Source of the DNA: an uncultured Verrucomicrobiales bacterium
GTDB lineage: Bacteria > Verrucomicrobiota > Verrucomicrobiia > Verrucomicrobiales > DEV007
Direction: 5' to 3'
Length of the DNA stretch: 18,015 nucleotides
Assembly: GCA_938091905.1 (NCBI GenBank)
Contig: CALKOM010000142.1
Span: 1 to 18,015 of the forward strand
Position numbers and translations under genes: made by a program
The notes under the pieces: model-generated
What the model was told of the DNA's origin: nothing
Database searches by the model: none
The model's input: the letters and a program-made list of their open reading frames with translations, nothing else
Shown here: one piece after another, positions 1-9,373 of the stretch
Layout: each line of letters begins with the position of its first letter
Numbering within the stretch: the first letter of the stretch is position 1

Positions 1-1465
<1,465 letters not shown>

Positions 1466-1659
1466 AAAATCGGTTTGTCTGATCCTTAAGCTATAAGCAC
1501 TTTAGGATCTCTTTTTTGAAATTGTTTCGGTTCCCCAAAGCTTCCGATTTACTAAGCTTTGAGGCGCCGCTGCATCTCAACCTCCCTGTTAAAAAAAGTT
1601 GTTCACACAGCACACCTCGTAGCTTTCGCTTCTCGTTATTTCCTAACCAATAGTCTCTC

Positions 1660-1668
1660 TCAAAGATC
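1660..1668 (-). promoter_or_regulatory. boxA-like antitermination element in rrn leader
   Basis: GATCTTTGA on the minus strand, between the predicted promoter and the 16S 5' end, resembles the rrn boxA core (GCTCTTT/GATCTTTGA). Confidence 0.55.
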
Positions 1669-1756
1669 GTCTCTCCTCTGGAAGAAAGCCGTTTTGCCAA
1701 GTGGCATAGGTGACTTACTCTCCGTCTGGAGCCCCGTCGCTTCGGGCGGGACGGCG

Positions 1757-1784
1757 ACCTTAGGTGGCCGAAGAAGAGATGCAA
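1757..1784 (-). promoter_or_regulatory. sigma70-type rRNA operon promoter
   Basis: Minus strand TTGCAT (1784-1779), 16-bp spacer, TAAGGT (1762-1757), then a GC-rich discriminator CGCCGTCC; an A-rich UP-like tract lies upstream. This is typical rrn P1 architecture, about 290 nt upstream of the 16S. Confidence 0.7.
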
Positions 1785-1927
1785 GTGGCTTTTATGTTTT
1801 TCGATGAGATTTTCGACTCAAATTCATGCGGCAGCTACCCGACGGCTTCACGGGAGCCGGTTTGCCATAAAATCTATTAGTAAACTGAGGTTTCTGGAGT
1901 GATTTGAGTGACGGCCAGTGGGACCGT

Positions 1928-2326
1928 TCAGATCATTTGAGAGACCCTCTTTTCGATTTCCGGGTCAAGATCGATCATTTCGAGGACTTCATTTGCCCAT
2001 GGCGTGAGCGGCACGAGCCTCCGAAGTAGCCAAAGTGCAACCACTTGAGTAGCCGGTAGGGTGCTCCAGATGGCTGTTTCGAGACAGCGCCAACGCTCAG
2101 GCTGAATCTTGCGCGGATCTCTGATCTGATCATTGCAGGTAACGCAAAGCAGAAGCATCTGATCCAAATCGGGCTCAACAGACACCGGAGGGATCTCGAA
2201 AGGGCGGAGTTCAGTGTCGGAGGTCTCGCAGAGTTCGCAACGCCGCCCTGCGCGGCGGGCAAGAGGTTTTCCTAGAAGACCGAGTAGCTGGAGGCGTTCT
2301 TGATGTTGTTGGTAGCCCTTGGCCAT
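1928..2326 (-). CDS. PhnA-family N-terminal-type zinc-binding protein (132 aa)
   Basis: LARRAGRRCELC...LLCVTC (two CxxC) followed by WRCLETAIWS...QVVA..LL..L, matching the N-terminal region of long PhnA-family proteins. No C-terminal PhnA domain is present. Confidence 0.75.
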   Translation of the reverse strand: MAKGYQQHQERLQLLGLLGKPLARRAGRRCELCETSDTELRPFEIPPVSVEPDLDQMLLLCVTCNDQIRDPRKIQPERWRCLETAIWSTLPATQVVALWLLRRLVPLTPWANEVLEMIDLDPEIEKRVSQMI

Positions 2327-2346
2327 GCACCTCGTTCTTTATATAC

Positions 2347-3183
2347 CTACCTTACGCCTTGCTGGAGAACCTTGAGATCCTCGTCCGTAAATTGGACAAC
2401 CTCGTAGGGATCATCGAGAGCAAGTAGCTCACTCACCGTCAGAAATTCGTAACCGCGGACCAGGAGGGCATCGAGTGTGGACGGAACGGCTGCGACGGTA
2501 GATTTCCATAGGTCATGCGAAAGGATGATTGCCCCGTTGTGCACCTGACTCATGACACGCCTCTTGAACGTCGCCGGACTGGGCTTGCGCCGGGCTCCAT
2601 CTCCAGGATCAACACTCCAACGGACATCAGCATAACCAAAAGTCTCGTGCATCCACTGAGATTGCTCCAGCGTGAAGAGTCCGCCTGGAGGACGCATGGT
2701 GCGTGGGGCAATCCCAGTTAGTTTCACGATAGTTTCGTGCGCCAGCCTAATCTCTTTTTCGACGACTCGAAGGGGAGGCGGATTTCTGCTCCGATGAAGG
2801 TAAGCATGGGTCATCGTGTGATTTCCTAACTCATGCCCCTCGTCGACGATGCGCTTGACCGTTTTTGGATAATTAAGTGCTTCGGTTCCGACCACATAGA
2901 ACGTGGCCTTGAGATTTCTTTCCTTGAGAGCGTCTAACACGTCATGAGTCCAAGGGCGTGGCCCATCGTCAAACGTGAAGGCGATGTAGGCTCCCTTGCC
3001 ACGAACGCTGAGGTAGCGATTCTTCGGCGGTTTGTAGGTAGGAGTAGGTAACTTCTTGAGAGAAGCCTGGCTCCATTCTCCATAGGAAACATCTTCCCAG
3101 GGCAATCGTGTTCCCAGAGCATCAATTGCGACAACATCGCCAACAGCACCCAAGATCAGGAGCAAGATGAAGAAGGGCATCAT
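2347..3183 (-). CDS. Polysaccharide deacetylase (CE4/NodB), secreted or membrane-anchored (278 aa)
   Basis: CE4 motifs TFDDGP, HTMTH, RPPGG, DPGDG (variant motif 4) and LSHD; hydrophobic N-terminal signal. ATGA overlap (3180-3183) with the upstream paralog's stop. Confidence 0.93.
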   Translation of the reverse strand: MMPFFILLLILGAVGDVVAIDALGTRLPWEDVSYGEWSQASLKKLPTPTYKPPKNRYLSVRGKGAYIAFTFDDGPRPWTHDVLDALKERNLKATFYVVGTEALNYPKTVKRIVDEGHELGNHTMTHAYLHRSRNPPPLRVVEKEIRLAHETIVKLTGIAPRTMRPPGGLFTLEQSQWMHETFGYADVRWSVDPGDGARRKPSPATFKRRVMSQVHNGAIILSHDLWKSTVAAVPSTLDALLVRGYEFLTVSELLALDDPYEVVQFTDEDLKVLQQGVR

Positions 3184-4115
3184 TCCACAGGCGCTAGGAC
3201 TCGAGCCGGCACAACTGGGATCCCGCTAATTTCAATATTAGCATCAGCAGCAGGTGAGGGTTGGGTCGTGATCCGCGCCGGCATGACCATGAGCTGAGCT
3301 TCGGGTCTGTCTAAAGCAAGGAGTTCACTGACGCGAAGAAAGTGGTAACCTTGAGCAACGAGAGCGTCGAGTGTCGCAGGCATCGCCCTTACCGTGGGTT
3401 GATGGAGATCGTGCGCCAAGATGATGGCACCATCATGTGCTCCTTGAACAACGCGATCTCTGATGACACCTGCGCCTGGACGCTTCCAGTCAAGTGGGTC
3501 GACCGACCACATGATGTTTACGTAGTCCCATTCGTTGTAAATCCAATCGCTTTGAGCACGTGTGAAGCTCCCCCCGGGAGGTCGAAATACGCGCGGGGCA
3601 ACACCCGTGTATTTCACGATAATATCGTGGCATGCCTGGAGCTCTTTGCGCACCACTCGTTCGGGCATACGGGCCATGTTCTTGGGATGGCTCCAGGTAT
3701 GATTGGCGATTTCGTGCCCCTCAGCGACAATCCGTTGGACGACTTCGGGATAGGTCGCGACCGATCTACCCACGACAAAGAAAGTGGCTTTGATGTTGCG
3801 CTGAAGTAGCGAGTCGAGCAGGTCCATGGTCCATGGACGCGGGCCATCATCAAAAGTCATGGCCACGACAGGACCGTGCCCTTTGACGCTGAAGTAGCGG
3901 CTCTTCGGGGGTTTTAGTGCGGGCGTCTGATAGGGGCGCAACGTCGATTGAGCCCAATTACCTGCTGCTGGTGGCGCTTGCAGCAACTGAGCCTGCTCTC
4001 CTGGACGAGCAGCCCTTTCCCAGGGCATCTGCCAATCGACGCTGGTGCATGCGGTCAGACATGCCGGGGCTAACAGACCCATTAAGATCAGGATTTTATG
4101 AGAAGGCATAGTCAT
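3180..4115 (-). CDS. Polysaccharide deacetylase (CE4/NodB), predicted lipoprotein
   Basis: Motifs TFDDGP, HTWSH, RPPGG, DPLDW and LAHD. The likely start is ATG 4115 or 4109 (MTMPSHKILILMGLLAPACLTAC, lipobox-like LTAC) rather than the ORF-track start at 4175. Confidence 0.94.
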   Translation of the reverse strand: MTMPSHKILILMGLLAPACLTACTSVDWQMPWERAARPGEQAQLLQAPPAAGNWAQSTLRPYQTPALKPPKSRYFSVKGHGPVVAMTFDDGPRPWTMDLLDSLLQRNIKATFFVVGRSVATYPEVVQRIVAEGHEIANHTWSHPKNMARMPERVVRKELQACHDIIVKYTGVAPRVFRPPGGSFTRAQSDWIYNEWDYVNIMWSVDPLDWKRPGAGVIRDRVVQGAHDGAIILAHDLHQPTVRAMPATLDALVAQGYHFLRVSELLALDRPEAQLMVMPARITTQPSPAADANIEISGIPVVPARVLAPVE

Positions 4116-4180
4116 CTCGCGCTGAGGCCGGAACGTACAGGGAGCGGAGACTTCTACAAGTCTGTTTCCGAACACGCCCC

Positions 4181-5047
4181 CTAGAGGAATCGCCCAAGAA
4201 GCGGGCGAAGTTTCTCGGCGGCGCCGGGTGGCCAGACCGCTTGCTGGGTGACAAGCGCGGCGTCGAGCGCCCGGTGCTCCGGCTCCGTGGCTTCCATTGG
4301 AATGCTAGGAATGATCTGCGCTAGCAGGCGTTTTGCCGTATCGGCATTTGCGAGAAGGTGGCCAATCACCGTCTCTGCCGTGACTGGCTCCTCGTCGACC
4401 TTCCAACAATCATAATCCGTAACGAAGGCGAGTGTTGCGAAGGCGATTTCTGCCTCCCGGGCGAGCTTGGCTTCTGGAAGGTTCGTCATCCCAATAACAT
4501 CGAAACCAAGGCGGCGATTGGCTTCAGACTCAGCTCGAGTTGAAAAGGCGGGGCCATCCATGTTTACATAGACACCTCCTTCATGAACGGGAATTCCGTC
4601 AGCAGCAGCGGCTTGCGCGATGATCTTGCGAAGGCAAGACGATGTGGGTTCCCCAAAGGCTATATGAGCAACGATCCCATTTCCGAAGAAGGTATGAGCG
4701 GAGCGATTGCTGGTCCGGTCAAAGAACTGGTCAGGAATGACTAGATCTCGAGGCCGGTAGGCTTCACGCAGACTACCAACGGCGGTAGCAGAGAGCGCCC
4801 AACGAACGCCCAGCGAACGCAGTGCCCAGATATTGGCCCGATGGTTGAGTTCCGTAGGAAGGAGCCGATGCCCGCGGCCATGCCTGGGGAGAAAGTAGAC
4901 CTTCCGCCCAGCAAAGGATCCTCCAAAGATGATATCAGACGGAGAGCCAAAGGGTGTCTCGATCACATGTTCAGTGGAACCCTCTAACCCATCGAGTTGG
5001 TATAGGCCACTACCACCAATCACTCCGACCGCAGTTGTCTCGTTCAT
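4181..5047 (-). CDS. mtnP: S-methyl-5'-thioadenosine phosphorylase (MTAP)
   Basis: GVIGGSG, LPRHG, NIWAL, DQFFDRT, GPAFSTRAES, GMT.LPEAKLAREAE and TDYDCW motifs of PNP/MTAP family 2. Start placed at ATG 5047 (MNETTAVGVIGG). Confidence 0.95.
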   Translation of the reverse strand: MNETTAVGVIGGSGLYQLDGLEGSTEHVIETPFGSPSDIIFGGSFAGRKVYFLPRHGRGHRLLPTELNHRANIWALRSLGVRWALSATAVGSLREAYRPRDLVIPDQFFDRTSNRSAHTFFGNGIVAHIAFGEPTSSCLRKIIAQAAAADGIPVHEGGVYVNMDGPAFSTRAESEANRRLGFDVIGMTNLPEAKLAREAEIAFATLAFVTDYDCWKVDEEPVTAETVIGHLLANADTAKRLLAQIIPSIPMEATEPEHRALDAALVTQQAVWPPGAAEKLRPLLGRFL

Positions 5048-5199
5048 GCAGTGCTCATGGTCGAATTCCCAACAAATCGCAAGCAAAGGCAGTCATTCCA
5101 GTAATTCTGCACACCCTTACAGACACGTTGCCCTAAATTTGCATCAGGAAGGCACCTTCATAACATTCTTCTAGGCTCGCAAATCGCGGTCAGTACAAA

Positions 5200-6266
5200 C
5201 CACTAAGAACCATACTGAAGACCTGGCGCTCGCTACTATTTCTACTGTTTCTCTCATTGTTTACTGTCAATTACTCCAAAGAATCCGACGACGTCACCAA
5301 CGTTGACCCATCAGAAAGCGAGGAAGAATCCTTTTCCCTAGAAGAAGAGGAGGAGGCACAGGAAGAAGACGACGAGGAACGTCGCCGGACTGTGGCAAAG
5401 ATGCGCGCGGAAACGGAAGTCAGGCTCGCCCAGATGCGCGCCGACGCTGACAATAAGGCACAAGCAAACTCAGCCCACGCCAAGCAAGCGTGAGCAGCAG
5501 CCAAGATCGCCTCCCGCAAGACTAAGGCGGCCAGGGCAATCATCGTGAGCAAGACCCTACCAGCGATAAGAACAGGGAGTGAAACCTACACGAAACCGAA
5601 AGCCGCTGAAGCCAGCAAGCTAACAGTAGCAACACTTCGCGAAGTGGAGCTACCTCCACTCCTTATCCTGACCTGCCATTCGGCCTGCAGAAGCGACGTT
5701 ACTAACACGAAGATGGATTCGCCAACGCGTTCGCCACCTCAACAAGCGAGACTGTCGCGAAAGATGTCAGCGCTAAAACCTCCGGAACTAAATCCAAAAG
5801 CAACCTGAGCAAGTCCAATCCAGCAACTTCAGGGGAATTCGCGAGAGAAGCGGCACTAGTCGCCAAATACAAGGATCCCTACAACGCAAAGAAAAGAGAA
5901 TTTAGGGCAAACAAGAAACTATTGAAGCAGAAGAGCATGATGCAAATGTAACTCTCTCCATTTCAACATCACGAAGTAAAGCCTATGCTTGACTACTATC
6001 AAAATCTTATCCGAGACTGGCATAAACTCTAGGGTAACATCAAGATCGGTCGTGACAAGGCCTACCGAACGGGGCGCATGGCGGATCATGCAATCGTGAA
6101 GTCGGACTGCAAAGCGGCACAGGTCAAAAAGTTCAAGGCCCAAGTAGACGCTCTTGAGGTAAATGAGAGAGTAAAGAGTGGAGTGGTTGTGGGCTATCGC
6201 GACAAGTTGCGTGATGCCAAGTTCGCGGTCTCGCAACGGCATAACGAAAGCCGCAAACAACGTTAG
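5200..6266 (+). pseudogene. Decayed gene for a charged, low-complexity, probably membrane-anchored protein
   Basis: Protein-like text continues across lesions. A hydrophobic LALATISTVSLIVY stretch (~5223-5264) is followed in another frame by an acidic/Ala-rich segment interrupted by TGA 5491. After a frameshift, a further frame runs to TAG 6266, interrupted by TAA 5703, TAA 5949 and TAG 6030. The start boundary is approximate. Confidence 0.6.
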
Positions 6267-6306
6267 AGGTCACGGTTCGCTTCAGATAAGAACTGCAAGC
6301 GTTGCT

Positions 6307-6684
6307 CTACGCTGATCGAGCGATGTGAGCACCGCACAACTTCTGGAGATGGACAAGCTCTTGAATCAGCATATTCAGGCGACTGCGTAAACGCTGGGCA
6401 TCTTGGGCTTCGGTTGGGGAGAATCCGTAAGGAAACTGGTCCAGAGCATCAGTTACCTCGACGATCAGTTTCTGAATTTGGGCAAGGCCTCCGACTTCAA
6501 ATACGCAGCATTCATCGAGAATTCGATGCCAGCGCTGTCGATAATAAGTCTGATTCTGCAGCCAGAAAAGAGTTTGGCGCATGACAGCGCGGTACTGCTC
6601 GGCCAAATGAACCGCCAGATCAGAGAGCGGGACACTCGATCGACGAGCGGTAAGGTTGGGAGAAGAGGGGGGCGGGACTTCCAT
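6307..6684 (-). CDS. Hypothetical protein (125 aa, predicted helical)
   Basis: ATG-started ORF filling the intergenic space, co-oriented with the upstream ORF, with amphipathic-helix composition. No family recognised. Confidence 0.55.
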   Translation of the reverse strand: MEVPPPSSPNLTARRSSVPLSDLAVHLAEQYRAVMRQTLFWLQNQTYYRQRWHRILDECCVFEVGGLAQIQKLIVEVTDALDQFPYGFSPTEAQDAQRLRSRLNMLIQELVHLQKLCGAHIARSA

Positions 6685-6767
6685 GATTCACCAGCAGCGC
6701 TGTGCTGCAGGCGAACCCTATCTCTGAATTCTTAAAAATCTATATATTTTTGTAAATTATGGAAATT

Positions 6768-7079
6768 TTAAGCAGAAGCTAACTCACGAGCGTTTTCGCC
6801 AGTAGCTTCTGTTGAGAAATCCGAAACGCCTGACTGCCGTATTCCGCTCAAGGTCTTGCGACTCCCAAATCGGTTGGTGGGACCATTGATCTGACGGCTC
6901 ACATAGCTCTTCAAAAAAGGAACGGTGGCAACAAGCCCAACACTAAGCAATGTCAGCGATGCGATCTCCCGAGCAGGACGACCCAGGCGGTCTGCCACAA
7001 CCATCCCGGCCGCCACGCCAACGGCGAGCGATCCCAAGGCCTGGGTGTTCAAATTGCCGGGTTTGTCTAGTGTGCTCAT
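6768..7079 (-). CDS. Hypothetical small membrane protein (103 aa)
   Basis: Two Gly/Ala-rich hydrophobic segments (ALGSLAVGVAAGMVVA; IASLTLLSVGLVATVPFL). Divergent from rpsN. Confidence 0.7.
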   Translation of the reverse strand: MSTLDKPGNLNTQALGSLAVGVAAGMVVADRLGRPAREIASLTLLSVGLVATVPFLKSYVSRQINGPTNRFGSRKTLSGIRQSGVSDFSTEATGENARELASA

Positions 7080-7200
7080 CTAGATAGCTTATGCGATAAA
7101 TGGATGACAATAAACCTGAAATCTCGTCGTTTATCGCCATCGATTTCCATCAGAAAAGCACTTGCGAGTGGGCTGAACGTGTGGAAACTGCGCCCCTGCT

Positions 7201-7470
7201 ATGGCTAAGAAGAGCTGGATAGAACGAAACAAACGCAAAGAGCGCACGGTTGCCCGTTACGCCGAGAAACGTGCTGAGTTAAAGAAGGCTGGGGATCACC
7301 TTGGACTTCAAATGCTTCCTCGCGATGCCAGCCCTACCCGCCTTGTAAATCGGTGTCTCGTGACCGGCAGAAGGCGTGCTTATATCAGACGCTTTAAACT
7401 TTCCCGGATCGCCTTCCGAGAGCTCGCTTCACATGGCCTGATTCCAGGTGTGACAAAGTCGAGCTGGTAA
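7201..7470 (+). CDS. rpsN: 30S ribosomal protein S14, 89-aa zinc-independent (C-) type
   Basis: MAKKSWIER...[49 protein letters not shown]. Only one Cys of the zinc ribbon is retained. Confidence 0.99.
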   Translation: MAKKSWIERNKRKERTVARYAEKRAELKKAGDHLGLQMLPRDASPTRLVNRCLVTGRRRAYIRRFKLSRIAFRELASHGLIPGVTKSSW

Positions 7471-7500
7471 GCTAAGTTCGCGGGAGCTCTAACTCCCCCC

Positions 7501-7752
7501 ATGCCCCTCTACGAATACATCAACGACGACCCCGAGCAGCAATGCGGGATCTGTAAGAGAGGTTTTGAACTGCATCGGCCGCTGAGTAGGCCGCCCCTTG
7601 AGCGCTGCCCGCTTTGCAAAGGCAAAGTGAAGAAGCTTATTACACGCGTGAACTCACCAAAGTTGACTAAGCCAGTTTCCATCTCAGATGCTAAGAAGGC
7701 CGGTTTCACGGTAATGGAGCGGCGCGATAAGGGAGTCTACGAGAAGCTCTAG
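7501..7752 (+). CDS. FmdB-family zinc-ribbon protein (83 aa)
   Basis: MPLYEY...CGIC..GFE...CPLC...VKKLI pattern of FmdB-like CxxC_CxxC zinc ribbons. Confidence 0.9.
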   Translation: MPLYEYINDDPEQQCGICKRGFELHRPLSRPPLERCPLCKGKVKKLITRVNSPKLTKPVSISDAKKAGFTVMERRDKGVYEKL

Positions 7753-7754
7753 CA

Positions 7755-8063
7755 ATGCTAGTGCCTCAAAACATCCAATTGATCGGGGATGAAGTCGCTG
7801 TCCACTGGTCCGATGGAAGCGAAGACTTTTACAAAATGGAGCACCTTCGTGCCAACTCCCCGAGTGCCGAGAATGTTGGAGAGCGTGATCTTACAGGGCA
7901 AATTCATGGAGGCAGCAGTCAGACTTCTTATCCCGGTGTAAGCGTCACCGGCTGGCAACCCGTAGGTGGCTACGCGGTCCAATTTGAATTCAGCGATGGT
8001 CATCGAACAGGCTTATACGCCTTCGATTATTTGAAAGCTCTCGCAAGCGACACCGCGAGCTGA
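7755..8063 (+). CDS. DUF971 / gamma-butyrobetaine hydroxylase N-terminal-like domain protein (102 aa)
   Basis: WSDG...LRANSPSAE...VGGYAVQFEFSDGHRTGLYAFDYL is the DUF971 signature. Confidence 0.92.
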   Translation: MLVPQNIQLIGDEVAVHWSDGSEDFYKMEHLRANSPSAENVGERDLTGQIHGGSSQTSYPGVSVTGWQPVGGYAVQFEFSDGHRTGLYAFDYLKALASDTAS

Positions 8064-8131
8064 ATATCGACACAGGTCTATTCGTCGGTTCATGAACTGA
8101 TCGAAACCCAATCTCTGCTGCCACGCCACTT

Positions 8132-9373
8132 ATGACTCTCGCCCCGGCCAAGCGCCTCGACCTCTCTCTTGCCCCCTGCGAAGCAGCAAGAAGATTGAGC
8201 AAGTTGCCGGGCTGCGTGTTTCTTGACAGCTCTGATCTGGGGGCAAACGCGCCTAGGCTTTCCATCGTCGCGGCGGAACCTACGCATATTTACCGTGGCA
8301 ACGTGCACCGTGATGTGTCGCAGCTACGCGAGATTATATCCGCGCATGCACCCAAAGCTCCCATCGACTGTGGGTATCCTCTTGGCGGGTTATTGGGGCA
8401 CGTGAGCTATGATGGTGACTACCTATTTGGCGAATACAACGACTTGTTAGTCTATCATCACCATGAAGCCTGCTGGCACGTGGCTGGCACCCCATCATAC
8501 CTTGCTCAACTCACTCGGCCAGGAAAGGAATCTTTGGATCTCACGCTACGACCAGCGCTCGACTTTCAAACTGAAATGTCGCGGCAGGAGTTCATTACCA
8601 TCGTCGAACAAGCTCAAGAATGGATCGCTGCAGGCGATATCTACCAAGTGAATTTGGCGCACCGTTTTCAGGCACCGCGCCAGGCAAATGATGCTGCCTT
8701 TGATCGCTACGAGCGTCTACGCAGTATCTCGCCCGCCCCCTACAGCGCTTTCCTAAATATTGGTGGTCAACAAATCCTTTCCACCTCACCAGAGTGCTTC
8801 CTAAGAATGAGCGGGCAAAGCATCAGCACACGCCCTATCAAGGGCACACGACCTCGCTTTTCTGATCCTCTCTTAGACGAGCAGTCGGCTTACGACCTGA
8901 TCACTTCGGAAAAGGAGGTGTCCGAACTCGTCATGATCACAGATCTCGAACGGAATGACCTTGGACAACTATGTAAGTATGGAAGCGTTGAAGCACGAGA
9001 CCTCCTTACTCTTGAGCGTTTCGCTCAAGTCTTTCATCTCGTATCGACGGTCAGCGGCACACTGCGTTCAGATATTGACCACTTCGAAGCCCTAAGACGA
9101 TGCTTCCCTGGCGGAAGCATCACTGGAGCTCCGAAGAAACGAGCGCGAGAGATCATAGACTTCCTCGAGCCACGTCCGCGTGGGCTATACACTGGTGCCA
9201 TTGGCTACATAGGCTGGAATGGAGAAAGCCAGTTCAATATCGCTATCCGAACACTGGTTGGTGAACAAGATCACTGGCACTTTCACGTTGGAGCCGGTAT
9301 CGTCGCCGATTCTAATCCAGAAGCAGAGTACGAAGAGACGCTGCACAAGGCAGCAGGCATTCTAAAAGCCTAG
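8132..9373 (+). CDS. pabB: Aminodeoxychorismate synthase component I (chorismate-binding MST family)
   Basis: GDIYQVNL, SPAPYSAF, SPECF, RPIKGTRPR, SEKE.SELVMITDLERNDLG, FPGGSITGAPK and GAGIVADS motifs. PIKGT rather than PIAGT favours PabB over TrpE. Confidence 0.88.
   Translation: MTLAPAKRLDLSLAPCEAARRLSKLPGCVFLDSSDLGANAPRLSIVAAEPTHIYRGNVHRDVSQLREIISAHAPKAPIDCGYPLGGLLGHVSYDGDYLFGEYNDLLVYHHHEACWHVAGTPSYLAQLTRPGKESLDLTLRPALDFQTEMSRQEFITIVEQAQEWIAAGDIYQVNLAHRFQAPRQANDAAFDRYERLRSISPAPYSAFLNIGGQQILSTSPECFLRMSGQSISTRPIKGTRPRFSDPLLDEQSAYDLITSEKEVSELVMITDLERNDLGQLCKYGSVEARDLLTLERFAQVFHLVSTVSGTLRSDIDHFEALRRCFPGGSITGAPKKRAREIIDFLEPRPRGLYTGAIGYIGWNGESQFNIAIRTLVGEQDHWHFHVGAGIVADSNPEAEYEETLHKAAGILKA

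Noticed and set aside
5128..5143. sigma54-like motif TTGCCCTAAATTTGCA
   Set aside because: Lacks the invariant GG at -24.
5491..5493. TGA readthrough/selenocysteine or an alternative genetic code
   Set aside because: The same region also has TAA and TAG stops and frameshifts, and intact genes in the window terminate with TGA normally.
7482..7497. GGGAG-N6-CTCCC hairpin between rpsN and the zinc-ribbon gene
   Set aside because: Only a 5-bp stem with no U-tract; too weak to call a terminator or regulatory element.
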